Assembly: GCA_951406725.2 (NCBI GenBank)
Contig: OX597821.1
Coordinates: forward strand, 42,780,001-42,844,000
Direction: 5' to 3'
Length of the DNA stretch: 64,000 nt
Origin: Octopus vulgaris
Taxonomy: Eukaryota
Below the pieces are notes generated by a model. The model was not told the DNA's origin. It saw nothing but the letters and a program-made list of their open reading frames with translations, and made no database searches. How positions within the stretch are numbered: the stretch's first letter is position 1; the number at the start of each line of letters is the position of its first letter. Made by a program: the position numbers and the translations under genes. This document shows positions 1 to 14,290 of the stretch, in pieces.

Positions 1-513
<513 letters not shown>

Positions 514-662
514 TCTTTTTTTCTGTGTATATTTCTGTCGAAAAGCGTAGGCTCGAAGCGTAAAAGACTTTTTCTATTTCTATTCCTGAGCGCTATACTA
601 ATACATTTGTTTGTTTCTAACTCCACCTGCCTTCGCCTTTTGATTATTTTCGTAAACTTTCC

Positions 663-707
<45 letters not shown>

Positions 708-719
708 TACATATACGTA

Positions 720-1615
720 TACCGTGAAACTGACATGCTTCACGTTTGTGAAACATGGGCTGTTACTGCAGAGGACATGCATAGGCTTGAAAGAAATGAA
801 GCTAGCATGATCCGCTGGATGTGTAATGTCAGTGTGCACACACGACAGAGGGAAAGCTCCCTGAGAGAAATGCTGGACATAAGAAGCATCGGATGTGGTG
901 TGCAAGAGAGACGCTTGCGCTGGTATGGTCATGTCTTGGATGAGGAGAGACATGTGAAGAAATGCCTATCCCAAACAGTTGAAGGTATCCGGGGAAGACG
1001 TAGACCCAGCAAGACATGGAATGAGGTGGTCAGGGATGACCTTCGAACATTGGGCCTCACTGTAGCAATGACGAAAAACCGAGATATATGGAGATATGCT
1101 GTGACTGCAAAGACCCGACAAATAATGTGAGTTCATGGCTGTTTCCTGCACCAGTTTCGCATAGCCCCAGCCTATCCAAAGCACCTTGGATTGCAGAACG
1201 ATCTGCTGTGCTTACCTTGGATCATAGGGTGACCTGTTGTGCTTGAGGAGACCTATTGAGTCAAGTACATCAACATCAAATTAAATATCAAATGGAAATT
1301 GTAGTTGTAATACCAGTACCGGTGGCATGTAAAAAGCACCATCCGAACGTGGCCGATGCCAGCGCTGCCTTGACAGGCTTCTGCACTGGTGGCAAGTAAA
1401 AAGCACCAACCGATCATGGCCACTGCCAGCCTCCCCTGGCACATAGAAAGCACTCATTACACTCATGGAGTGGTTGGCATTAGGAAGGGCATCCAGCTGT
1501 AGAAACACTGCCAGATCAGACTGGAGCCTGGTGCAGCCTCCTGGCCCCACAGATCCCGGTCGAACCGTCCAACCCGTGCTAGCACTGAAAATGGACGTTA
1601 AACGATGATGATGAT
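720..1615 (+). mobile_element. RTE LINE 3' fragment (ORF C-terminus, 3'UTR, (GAT)n tail)
   Basis: ORF 735..1130 contains [11 protein letters not shown] and RGRRRPSKTW. Tail ...ggacgttaaacgatgatgatgat. Confidence 0.9.
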
Positions 1616-1697
1616 ATACATATATATATATATATACATAGCATGGAAAACGAGCGTTAAACGATGATATATACGCATATACATATACACACATATG

Positions 1698-2218
1698 GAT
1701 CTTTTCGCTTTGATTGGCAGATTTTAAAAAATAATTTCTTTGTAACTAAACACTTTTAAACTTCATATACTGGTAGAATGTGTTTATAAAACATCTTTTT
1801 CTCTTCGCTTTCTTGAGAAAATTCTGTAGTTTGTAAGCTATTTGTTATTTAATTTCATGCATTTTGGCATGTGTTTATTAATAAAAAGTTTAATAACGAT
1901 AATCTTTTATTCATAAAAACGTAACTGATATGAAATATGTCATAAATAACAGGGACATTTTCATATGACACCGCAAATAATTGTTGTTGACACACTACAA
2001 CAGAAATTGAATTCACCTCAATAGACGTCATTGATTGGTTGAAACTGTCGAAATGCCAGAAATTAAACAACAAATAGCTGACATACTACAAAATTTTCTC
2101 AAGAAAGCGAAGAGAAAAAGATGTTTTATAAACACATTCTACCAGTATACGAAGTTTAAAAGTGTTTAGTTACAAAGAAATTATTTTCAAAATCTGCCGG
2201 TCAAAGGGTAAAGATCCA
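1698..2218. mobile_element. MITE / fold-back element with ~150-bp terminal inverted repeats
   Basis: ggatcttttcgctttg...aactaaacacttttaaacttcatatactggtagaatgtgtttataaaacatc is inverted at 2090-2218 (...ggtcaaagggtaaagatcc). Confidence 0.85.
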
Positions 2219-2437
2219 CATATACACATATATACGTACATATCCATACATATATAAAGGGAAAGTTTACGAAAATAAACAAAAGATGAAGGCAGGTGGA
2301 GTACAAACAAATGTATTAGTATAGCGCTCAGGAATAGAAAATGTCATTTATGTTTTGAGCCTACGCTATTCAACAGAAAGACAGACAGAAAAAAACAAGG
2401 AGAGACAAAAAATGCGTGTAGGAGCTAACGATCTATC

Positions 2438-2505
2438 ATATAAATACACATATACACACACATACATATATATGTACGTACACACACATATACACACATA
2501 CAAAC

Positions 2506-2536
<31 letters not shown>

Positions 2537-2665
2537 CACACACACACATACATACATATATATACACACACACACATATATACACACACACACACATATA
2601 TACACACACACACATATATACACACACACACACACATATATACACATATACACACACACATATAT

Positions 2666-2698
<33 letters not shown>

Positions 2699-2737
2699 TA
2701 TATACACACACACATACACACACACACACACACACAT

Positions 2738-2768
<31 letters not shown>

Positions 2769-2769
2769 T

Positions 2770-2840
<71 letters not shown>
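2438..2840. repeat. Compound (CA)/(TA) microsatellite
   Basis: Seen directly. Confidence 0.97.
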
Positions 2841-3205
2841 ACGTGTCATTATTCTACTAAATATATATGTTTTTACCATTATTTTGCAATTTACTTAGTC
2901 ATCGGTTTATTGTTATTTTAATTTTAATATTTCTATTATATGTAATTTTCTGGATGGTGTAGTTTAGTTGTTCATTTTGAATTGATAAAGGGTGGTTTTT
3001 TTCTAATTTTTATATATATTTATTATATTTTGTGAAATTTGATTTAGTATTTCTAAATTGAATTTTCCCTGTAAGTTGGAATAATATTCCCTCAAATAAT
3101 TATTATATATATACACATACATACATATATACACACACATACATATATATACACATATACATACATATATATACATACATACATATATATACACATATAC
3201 ATACA

Positions 3206-3241
<36 letters not shown>

Positions 3242-4204
3242 TACATACGTAGCGAGAATGGATGAGGATAGCTGTGCGAAAACGTGCCACACCCTAGTGC
3301 TTGAGGGAACCTGTGGAAGAGGTAGACCCAGGAAGACCTGGGATGAAGTGGTGAAGCACGACCTTCGAACTCACACATATATATATATATATATATCCAC
3401 ACACACGTATGTATATACATATATCTATCTATATATCCATGTATATATATATATATGTATGTATGTATGTATACATATATACTCCTAATATGAGAACATT
3501 TTTCAAGAAAACTTCATCGAGGGGAAAAGCTAAAAAATCTCTATGCCAATATGCTAAAAAATATACTGTAGATCATCTGATCACATAGAATATCTTTTAA
3601 CACATGTATTTACAGTGAAAAATTGGCATAGTATATATTCGTCTTCTGCCCCTATAACTGTTTATATATATATTCTTTCTCCAATTCTTTTCCTGTCTCC
3701 TTCACCGTTCTCTACCTCTACCTCTCTCTTTCTCACTCTACCTCCTTCATTCTCATTGCTCACAAGTAGCCATCGGCTATATTTCTTTTCCTAACTTGAA
3801 CTTCTTCCTTTGCTTTTGATGTGCTACACAGATCAGATGCATTCTTGTCTGTCTCCTCTCCTGTCGAAGCTTGTTCCTCCAGCATTCACCACCTCACCTC
3901 GTTAAGGCTTAGCAGCCCTTACTGTTTGTTTGCACTGTCCTGTTTTTGTTACCAACTTTGACCCTCCACAAATCCCAAATTTTACTTTGCTTTGTGGGAG
4001 CAATCGTTTTATTGAAGGCGCATCCTATCATAATTGCTTGAAATGTGGAGTAGATAAAACAGCCAACAACTGATGCAGGATCGTTCTTTATGTTACATGT
4101 CTTGTTCTATATTTGTTTCTTTCATTGTTAGCAAAAAAAGTTCATAGTCCATGTATACATTTTAACATCCTGTACCCATACATGCATATACATATATATG
4201 TGTG

Positions 4205-4568
4205 AGAATCAGAATCAAAATCGATCAACATCAATGGAAATTGTAGCTGTGATACCAGTGCCGGTGGCACATAAGCGAACCATCCAAACGTGGCCGTTGC
4301 CAGCCCCACCCCGACGGGCCTCCGTGCTGGTGGCACGTAAAAAGCACCATCCGATCATGGCCGTGCCAGCCTCGCTTGGCCCCCGTACCGATGGCACGTA
4401 AAAAGCACCTACTACACTCACGGAGTGGTTGGCGTTAGGAAGGGCATCCAGCCGTAGAAACATTGCCAGATCAGACTGGGCCTGGTGCAGCCTTCTGGCT
4501 TCCCAGACGCCAGTTGAACTGTCCAACCCATGCTAGCATGGAAAGCGGACGCTAAATGATGATGATGA
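4205..4568 (+). mobile_element. RTE LINE 3'UTR/tail fragment
   Basis: Shared tail ggagtggttggcgttaggaagggcatccagc...gtccaacccatgctagcatgg followed by (GAT)n. Confidence 0.85.
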
Positions 4569-4954
4569 TATGCATATATATATATATATTTATATTATAT
4601 ATATACATACACACACAACGGGCTTTCAGTTTCCATCTCCAAAAATCCACTAACAAGGTTTTGGTTGTCCAAGGTTGGTTAAGACATTTTCCCAATGTGC
4701 CACAATGGGACTGAACCTAGAAATGTGGGTGGGGAGCAAAATTCTTACCATACAGCTACATTAATTTATCAAACTTATTAAACACATGATTCATGTCTGT
4801 TCATGTTTATTTGACCTCACTGAGGATAGCAAAATAAGAAAAGAACTGACTCAATAACACCATTTCTAGTTTATCAGAAATTGTATTTACACTGGTGTTA
4901 TAATAGAGTGTAGGACAAAATCCCCATAGTCAACATGCGAAAACAGAAGGAAAA

Positions 4955-5740
4955 AAAACCCTTGGTTATATTTTTCAGTTATTTTTTGTTCCTCACACCC
5001 TTTACTTGTTTCAGTCATTAGACTATGGCCATGCTGGGGTACCACCTTAAAGAATTGTCAGTTGAAAGTATCAACCCCAGAACTTTATTCCTTTTTACTT
5101 GTTGCAGTTATCAGACTGCAGCCATGCTGGGGCTCTGCCTTGAAGAATTTTTAATCAAATGTATCGACCCCAGAATTTTTTTTAGGTGATTTTCAACCAG
5201 CGAATGAAGTTAAGTCTAGAAGGTCTTTCCACATGCTAGAAATAACAACCACATCACTTGAAATTTATTATTTTTTATTATTTCAAAATGGAAATTGCAA
5301 TTGTAAAAAAAACTTTTATTTTTCAAAATTCGAATTTTTAAGTAAACAAAAATATATTCAATCCAAAATAAATAAGTAGAATAGAATAACAGAACCCAAG
5401 ATTTTACTACTCAATGTTCATATTGTCAGAATTCTAACAAGAGGGAAAGCATTTACTTCAAGAAATGTGTAGAAAGATGTAAACAATAAGAAATACATTT
5501 GAACCACCAGCCTTCAGTGCCATAATTCTGTTAGACCTTCAGCAGCCAGAGAAAATTCAAAAAGTTTGCCCACTGTCATTAATTTCAAAGTGCAGAGAGA
5601 AGAAAACAAGACTTTAAATTCAAACTTTAAAATGCTGGGGGGTTTTTTTTTTGTGACTAAAAATTCTTCAAGCATGGCCACAGTCTAATGACTGAAACAA
5701 GTAGAAAAATAAAAAATAACTAAAAAATATAACCAAATGG
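4955..5740. repeat. Dispersed inverted-repeat element containing SINE-tail sequence; related copy at 22350-22840
   Basis: ttggttatatttttt...ttgtttcagtcattagactatggccatgct is inverted at 5660-5738. Interior 5330-5610 matches 22560-22830 in reverse orientation. Confidence 0.6.
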
Positions 5741-6384
5741 GGGTTTGTCCTAGGCAGTTCTGTCTGGATCCCGTTACACTAGTAACTAAATCAAGTAGCG
5801 TGGATGCCAACATCGAGGTGTGATAACTGTATGCCAGAGAGAAAGAAACCTAAAGGAGCAATAAATGACAGCTTTTATCTTGACAGACAACCCCTTCAGA
5901 ACTGGTGGCACAAATATATATATATATATATAATTTTAAAATAGGATAAAATCTTCATAAGAAATTATCAAGTAGTTAGCGTGAAAAACCTCATAAGAGA
6001 AAAAAAATCTGTAAATTTTTTCCACTTGAATATATTTATTTATATTATATAGAGGGCATTATTACACATAAATGCCGCATGCTAGGAGGGACTTTTAAAG
6101 TCATAACTACCAAAATAAACATATTGTACCGAATGCAAGTCATAACTACCAAAATAAACATATTGTACCGAATGCAAGTCATTCTATATGCTACGTTGGA
6201 TACGATGGTTGTTCACCTGGTATGTTGATTTTGTTCATTCATTATAAATCTTGAATCATGCTGGCACCGACGAGTAAAGGACGCAACCACTGCGTCGATT
6301 ATGAAATCATTGGTGATATGCAGCTAAATTCTGTTTTTAACTGACTTGCTTCGAGACTTGCATTCGGTACAATATGTTTATTTT

Positions 6385-6423
<39 letters not shown>

Positions 6424-8043
6424 ACATATATACAAATCCATTGATGTTATGAGGGGAAAAAAAGGGGTGGGCAAAAAAAAAAAAAAAAAAGGAAAAAGCA
6501 TGATCACTGCATGTTCTGTATGTAGTGTATACTCTGAAATGTTGAGTAAATGGCTTGCATTGCATAAAAGAAAAAAGAATTTTATCCCTTGAGCCATAAT
6601 GAAATTTTCCCTAAAGAACATGAAATAAAAGTGGTCAGGCAGATGGGATTCATATTGTACATACACATACATATATATATCATCATCCTCATTTAACGTC
6701 CGCTTATATATATAATTTATGTGTAAAATATACTGTTTAATATAAGGGCAGATTTTGATGTATGGTTAATAAGTTTTGCCATTTCTACACAAGTGTGAAG
6801 CCTGATTTTGTTTCCTCATAACTTTGAGAAAAATAGATATTTTTAAATTAAATTTTCTACAAATACGCTTCTGATGGTATAGATTCCAATACAATAGAAA
6901 TTTGTTGAGGAAAAACGTTTTCTATTTGTAGGGAGAGTAAGTTTGAAAAGTTCAGGAGTCAGCTTTGTTTCTGCATAACTTTCAGAAAAATGGGTATTTT
7001 TTAATGAAATTTTCTATAAATATATTTCAGAATTTGTGATAAAGAAAAAAAAATTGGTGGGCACACATACATACATAGTGACACATGTCACATACATATA
7101 TCTACAAAATGAAACTAGAAATTTAGAAAAATGTTGTGATGTGTAATCAATAGAGTGGGTGTCTACCAATTTTCTTTTGGGTTTATATTTCAATTCAAAT
7201 ATAATAATAGATTACAGTTACATTGGAATTAAAATGTAGAAAATTTCATTTAATAATATCCATTTTTCTGAAAGTTAATGAGGAAACAAAGTCGGTGGGG
7301 GAGGACACTTGTGAAGATATGCCTGTTTCTTTATAACCGTCTGGTTTCTCAACATCATCTAATATATTTGGCCACCACTGCTGAAAACGAAATATTTCAG
7401 AGCTTCTTCGTTTCAGGGCCCCATGAAAATAAAAGTATTTAATTTAAGTGATTTCCAGGACAAAAAAAATGAAACTATTAAGGACCCCAAAGTAAAACAG
7501 TGAACAGCAAGCAGTGTGTCAATCAGATATGAGAAGGCATGCAGTCATTATTGAAGTTGGGTTTTATTTCTGCAAACTTATGGCCTTCATCACACGACCT
7601 TGTCCTGGTTTGTCTTTAGGATATAAAGCTTCAAATACTTATGGAGGTATACCAAGAGTTTGTAACAAGAAACTGTCGCTGTGAACTTTTTTTTTCCCAC
7701 AATACACAACACTATTATGTATAAAAGAAATACGTATGTGGCATAATTTGAACGAAAGCTACCAATGCTTTATATCATCATCATCATTACACAAAGAGAG
7801 AAATTTGAAACAATTTCCCTAATTAAAGCATGAATGAGCCCCTATCATAAGATTATAATTCATTATCCTTCTACATAAAAGCCTTATATTTATTTTTTTT
7901 ATAAATCGAATACTCAAAGCAAAATAATCCCCATGTGTACAATCCATGACACCATTACTATATATATATATGTATATATAGAATAATCACAGGCCGCAAT
8001 AAACCTGCACGTCAACTTATATGAGTAAGTGCTTTAGAAAATT

Positions 8044-8728
8044 ATAATTTGCCCAATATCATTGAATTCATGTATATTTATAGTGCATATGTAATTGACC
8101 TATATAAAATACTTTCAGTGGGGAAAACACCTACTTTTGAAAACTTTCACTTTCATGAGGTCCTAAAGGTGAAGTTTCTCTTATTTAAAGAAAAAAAATC
8201 AGCTATCAGAGAGAAACTTCACCTTTAGGACCTCATGAAAGTGAAAGTTTTCAAAAGTACACGTTTTCCCCACTGAAAGTATTTTATATAGATCAATTAC
8301 ATATGCACTATTTTTCTTTTATTTTTATTTTCTTTTACTTGTTTCAGTCATTTTGACTGCGGCCAAGCTGGAGCACCGCCTTTAGTCGAGCAAATCGACC
8401 CCAGGACTTATTTTTTGTAAGCCCAGTACTTATTCTATCGGTCTCTTTTGCTGAACCGCTAAGTGACAGGGACGTAAACACACCAGCATCGGTTGTCAAG
8501 CAACGCTAGGGGAACAAACACAGACACACATATATATATATGACGGGCTTCTTTCAGTTTCCGTCTACCAAATCCACTCACAAGGCTTTGTTCGGCCCGA
8601 GGCTATAGTAGAAGACACTTGCCCAAGATGCCACGCAGTGGGACTGAACCCGGAACCATGTGGTTGGTAAGCAAGCTACTTACCACACAGCCACTCCTAC
8701 ATTAATTCAATGATATTGGGCAAATGAT
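8044..8728. mobile_element. Fold-back element (inner arms ~100 bp) with a SINE inserted in the right arm
   Basis: 8079-8180 pairs with 8210-8310. Outer arm ataatttgcccaatatcattgaatt (8044) pairs with 8704-8728 beyond the SINE. Confidence 0.8.
8330..8697 (-). mobile_element. tRNA-derived SINE, family 1 (CORE-like central segment)
   Basis: Head ggagtggctgtgtggtaagtagcttgc...gggttcagtcccactgcgtggcaccttgggcaagtgtc, internal (TA)/(TG) tract, tail aaatgactgaaacaagtaaaaga. Confidence 0.88.
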
Positions 8729-10334
8729 GATTTAAAGCTAAGCGGTGAAAGGTTAAAAGTATGAGAGAAGGGGCCCAAAACAGAAAAAGTTTCTTTAAGG
8801 ATGGAAGTGACAAAACTGGAGCTGAATAGTGAGGTGTCAGAATGGATCCACAAGATACAAAGCAAGTAGATGTGAGCGGGAACAAAAAGAACAGGGGGTA
8901 TAGGTGAGTTGAAGTCACAAGTATGTATGAGAAATCTGAGAGATGGCCAGAGATGAAGAATGGATGAAGGGGTGAATATTAGGTGGGTTGAAAGTCACAA
9001 AGAGATCAGAAATTTTAATAGATCTTTGATTTTTTAATATTTTTTAAGATGTGATTTTTTCACACCCAGAATACATTTACTTCCTATATATAATGAATAT
9101 GACGTAATGGTCTTGCAAATTTAGAGCAAAAAATAAAGGAGTTATGAAATATTGAAATGTCTTCATGATTTCTGATGTGTGTGTGTGTGTGCATACTTGT
9201 AATCTACACACACATATTGTCAAAAAATCTCATGATAGAAAATTAATTCCAAATCAGTGATCCAAATCTCTTCTGATTAGTGTCTCCAGATTTATCAATT
9301 GCTAACATTATGCACAATAACACGATGAAAACTAAGAAAAGATACAATTCCAAAATTTAAAACATATGGACACAATCTTGCTTTATAACAAATGAAAATG
9401 AAAGAGAAAAAAAGGAAAACCAAATATGGTTAAAAACTTCTATTTATTACTATTTATTCCCTACAGGCGTATGATCAACGGTGCTCAAGCAATTACTTTT
9501 CTTTCAGGTATAGTGTATCTAGGACTACATTATCTAATGTATTCCCTATTGCCCTTCCACTATCAACAGGATTTTTTTTTCAGGTTGGAATATATTAATA
9601 CAATGTGTTCAGGTAGAATTCTGGTTTAAGTACCCCCATATAGCACCTCTATATTTTTTGGAATTTTGAGAAAATTTTTGCAAATTAGTGTTCTATACAT
9701 GGGAATTCATATGATTATGAAACATTTTTTTGTGCGATTTAACTGTTATTTTTAGCATATCTAACAACCACCCGATACCTTGCTCATTTCTTTGTCACTC
9801 TGACATGTATGCTTTTCAAAATTTTTCTCCCCATAAACACATTTAATGGAAATATGATGAGCCTAGGAGTGGTCCATTGCTGGGATTTAAACAAAAAATT
9901 CAGACTGTCTGCATTTTAAACCGATTTAAAAAATTCCAAAAGGTGGCACTTTTAGGGGTATGGAGGGAAGGGGTTTAAAAAATTAAAAACATTTTCATGA
10001 TTGTATGAATTCCCGTATGTAGAACACAAATTTGCAAAAGTTTTCTGAAAATTCAAAAGTTATGAGAGTTCATAAAGAATGCTTAAAAGTGAGGGTTGAG
10101 GGAGATTTATGAGAGTTTATAAAGAATGCTTAAAAGTGAGGGTTGAGGGAGATTTAGCTGTTGTTTCTACCAATATGAATTACCATTTGGGGACGGCAGA
10201 ACTGTCAAAGCAGTTGGTGCAACACACTTGAGATCATAATGTGGGGAAAACAACATAGGATCTCAGGAAAAAAAAAGTAATATGTACCTAAAATTACATT
10301 CGGAAAAGAAAAAGTAGATGCAAGTCATAATATG

Positions 10335-10384
<50 letters not shown>

Positions 10385-10387
<3 letters not shown>

Positions 10388-10536
10388 GACAGTTTCCGTC
10401 TACCAAATCCACTCACGAGGCTTTGGTCGGCCCGAGGCCATAGTAGAAGACACTTGCCCAAGGTGCCACGCAGTGGGACTGAACCCGGAGCCATGTGGTT
10501 GGTAAACAAGCTACTTACCACACAGCCACTCCTGCA

Positions 10537-10538
<2 letters not shown>
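10385..10538 (-). mobile_element. SINE family 1, 5' half
   Basis: Nearly identical to 11680-11833. Confidence 0.85.
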
Positions 10539-10574
<36 letters not shown>

Positions 10575-11372
10575 TGAATTAAGAAGTATGCTTCTCAACC
10601 ACATGGTTTCAGGATCGGTCCCACAGCGTGACACCTGGGACAAGTGTCTTCTACTATAGTCTTGGGCCGAACAAAGAGTGGATTTGTTTGTTTGTGTGTG
10701 TGAGAGAAAGAGTGTGTGTGTGTGTGTCCATGTCTTTACATCAAGTGATAGTTGTAAGCAAGTATCTCCATCATACATGTCATTGGTTTTCAGTTTCTTG
10801 TGAAAATATATCCAGCCCAAACATTTTATTTACTAGGAGCAGGTGAGGGTTGGGGGACCGAAGGATGCTCGATCGTAGAAAACATACCACGACAAAATTT
10901 GGGCTTTCCTATGCAAGCATGAACAGGTGAGGTTAAAACTGATGATGAGATCCTTACAAGTAAAATAAGTTTTTGGTATAGTTGTCTTTCGAAATCCTAT
11001 ACAGCATGGGAAAGAGAAAAGAATTCAGAAGTGCAGGTGGGGAAAATGTGAATATATTCCAAATGTAATTCACTGACTTTAATTTCAGGGCAATACTACA
11101 GCATAGCCAATACTATAGTTACTGGAGTATATTATGTTACACTGAAACAGTGACCCTTTATGTGGAATCTAAGTTACGTATTAAAAGCGTTTTGGACGTT
11201 TACACACACACACGAATACACCCGTTACAATTGTTCAAATGCATCAACGGTTGAGAATTTTTTTTCAAAGGGTCCCTTTCGAGAAAGTACTGACGCATTG
11301 AACGAATCACTTGTATGTTATCAATTGAAATATACACTCCGCTTCCTTATAGAGGATTCTATAAATTATACA

Positions 11373-11425
<53 letters not shown>

Positions 11426-11464
11426 ATGTAGACAGCTTTCTCTCTCTCATATATATATATATAC

Positions 11465-11634
11465 TCTTTTACTTGATTCAGTCATTTGACTGCGGCCATG
11501 CTGGAGCACCGCCTTTAATCGAGCAACTCGACCCCGGGACTTATTCTATCGGTCTGTTTTGCTGAACCGCTAAGTAACGGGGACATAAACACACCAGCAT
11601 CGGTTGTCAAGCAATGCTAGGGGGACAAACACAG

Positions 11635-11673
<39 letters not shown>

Positions 11674-11831
11674 CATATATACGACAGTTTCCGTCTACCA
11701 AATCCACTCACAAGGCTTTGGTCGGCCCGAGGCCATAGTAGAAGACACTTGCCCAATGTGCCACGCAGTGGGACTGAACCCGGAGCCATGTGGTTGGTAA
11801 ACAAGCTACTTACCACACAGCCACTCCTGCA

Positions 11832-11833
<2 letters not shown>
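11465..11833 (-). mobile_element. SINE family 1, full length
   Basis: Head, CORE-like segment and tail as in 8330-8697. Confidence 0.88.
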
Positions 11834-11884
<51 letters not shown>

Positions 11885-11938
11885 ATATATATAATACAAA
11901 CTCATGTAAAAACTGCTTTCTATATAGATGTTTAGCAC

Positions 11939-12101
11939 CTGTTAACGCGCAAGAGGGAGGGATGGAAGCTTGTACTAAGGGAGATAACTGTCTTAGGGAT
12001 CGCAATCCAGCTTCTGGGGTCTTCAACTGATGTCACGAGGCGCCTTCAAAGATACCGGTGTCACGTGGAATTATCCCCAAAATACCAAATGACTGCTTTA
12101 C
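11939..12101 (-). other. Candidate internal, mostly non-coding exon of the same transcript
   Basis: Strong polypyrimidine acceptor ttttttcttttaatgtttccgttag|G, GC-richer unique 163 nt, weak donor CAG|GTGCTA. All three frames contain stops. Confidence 0.35.
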
Positions 12102-12927
12102 CTAACGGAAACATTAAAAGAAAAAATTCTACTTATCTCATAACATTATTAGTGTTACACAGTTGATTAATGCCTGTCTTTAAAAACGTTTCTTAGTAAC
12201 ATTATTATTGTTATTTAACAAAATATTACGTTACTTTCAATAAGTTTTATTATTTAAGGGTGGTGGAAGATAATACGGAAACCAAGGACTGCGTTGGTAA
12301 AAATAAAAACTGTTTCAGTATAAAGATCAGATATGACTATCACTTAGAAATGCCTTATAATACTATTTCAACAAAAGACTAATAACAGAGGATTGGCACA
12401 AGATCTAGGAAGCATTGTTATACATACATCCACATATATTTATTAATGAATAGAGCGAAAAAGGAATATACGCACTACATTTTAGTAAAAATGCGTTACA
12501 CGTGTATATGTATTGTCACTACAGAGATATATTTACATAATATATTTATTACCAAATAAATGTAGGTGTCAAACGCGTGTGTGTATGTGTGTGCGAGCGA
12601 GGGAAGATATGTGAATAAATACAAAAGGAAAAAACTACATGAAACAGCAAATTATGAAAATCGAATAACAAAATTATACATTATCATTTTTTTAAAAAGA
12701 TTATTGTGAAATTGAACGTAGAATACCTTTTTAATACACCAAACGAAAAAAAATGAAGTGATATTATAGAAAATAACCATGCTGGAAAATAGAAGCTTGT
12801 ATTTGTCACTGATGTATGAATTAAATAGCTCGAGTTAATTGACTTACTGAGTTGATAGACTCGATAAAGATTAGAGCTTCTGTCTAAATAGACTTTACTT
12901 ATTTATTAAGAAAATCGAAATACTTAC

Positions 12928-13281
12928 CAAAAACATCGTTTATATATATATATACATTAAATAGTAATGACTGGTTTAGGCCTCTCCTCTCTGCTGTTAA
13001 ATGTTGGTGCGCAACAGCCAACACTTCGACGATTCAGTCAGCTTTGGAATCGTCCAACGCAAGGGGAGATAAGGTCATTTCTTTACGTCGACAACCTGTT
13101 ATATGCACTACTCAGATTTCTAGAAGGAAGTGAAACGAAAAGTGCGAATTGATATGTATATTGTTTACTGCATTTCCAATTTTTGTTCCTGGAAGAATCT
13201 GTTTATTTTTTTCTTCGCTACATAAGAAAACTTTGACCAAGGGAGGTAATATTTATGAAATCGCGCGCGCGCACACACACG

Positions 13282-13319
<38 letters not shown>

Positions 13320-13530
13320 CTCTTCTTTTCTTGCAGCAGCAGAGGATAGCGAAACTCGGAGTAGTTATGGAGTGTAATCTCAGCATATAATAATAAAAAA
13401 ATTTATTCTTCAGTATCGAGAACTTTTTTTTTATTTCTAAATTGAAGCATATGCATATATGTCCGCGAGCGTGTAAATGTGTGAATGTTGGAGTAGGCGA
13501 TGTCGCTCAAGAGCGCTACGGGTAATCATT
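12928..13530 (-). promoter_or_regulatory. CpG-enriched unique patch: candidate promoter/first exon of a second, minus-strand transcript
   Basis: Non-repetitive stretch with locally frequent CpG, a GGAAGT (ETS-type) motif near 13126, and a consensus minus-strand donor TTG|GTAAGTA at 12928/12927. Confidence 0.4.
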
Positions 13531-14040
13531 AATCCTGTTACATCCTACTGCATTGAGGTTGCTTTGTGATTCAGTGGTGTTGGACACCCTGTAGGATGAA
13601 AAATAAAACTCCTCAAAGAACGGGTGTACTAATAGCGGGCAGTGGCACGTATTTTTACAACGTGGACAGTAACAATTGTGTAAAAAAAAAAAGCCATAGA
13701 ACAAATTCTTGATTTATTAAAATTATCTCCAAATCTACAGGATGAATTATAATTACTAAATGGCAATTAAAACCAGTTCCACTTGAGCAGGGGAGATAAT
13801 CTCGAGATTCAAGAATTCTAGAAAGTTAAAATGCTCTTTTACTTATTTCAGTCATGCTGGAGCACCGCCTTAAATGGGTTTTTTAGGCGAAGAAATCGCC
13901 CCCAGGACTTATTCTTTGTAAGCCTAGTTCTTATTTTATCGGTGTCTGTAACCGAACTGTTAAGTTACAGGGATGTAAACATACCAGCATCAGTTGTCAA
14001 GCTATGGTGGTGGAGCAAATATATACATACATACATTTAT

Positions 14041-14290
14041 AATTCAGGGTATCAGATAGTACCAGTATTGCTAGAAATAAGTGTCAAAACGACTCAAAAC
14101 CATTCATCACTTATACAGACTGGTGAATTCGCGGAAACGAGTAAATAGGAAAGCCAACATACCATTAGTGAGTGAAAATCGCTCATGGTAGTAAGCTGGC
14201 TTTTCTATTAACGCCTTTCTTCGAATTGTGGTTTCCAGTCGTTTTGACTCTTATTTCTAACAATACTGGCAGTATCTGGTACCCTTAATT
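14041..14290. mobile_element. Palindromic MITE
   Basis: agggtatcagatagtaccagtattgctagaaataagtgtcaaaacgact is inverted to agtcgttttgactcttatttctaacaatactggcagtatctggtaccct, with a second inner inverted pair. Confidence 0.75.

Noticed and set aside
2355-2921. Long ORFs rich in HT/YI/CV repeats (also 16338-16800, 21274-21653 and similar)
   Set aside because: Translations of (CA)n/(TA)n microsatellites; open on both strands, with no protein motifs.
4005-4090. Additional hammerhead-like remnant in the 3700-4190 / 20860-21450 repeat family
   Set aside because: Too many core and stem changes in both copies to support the call.
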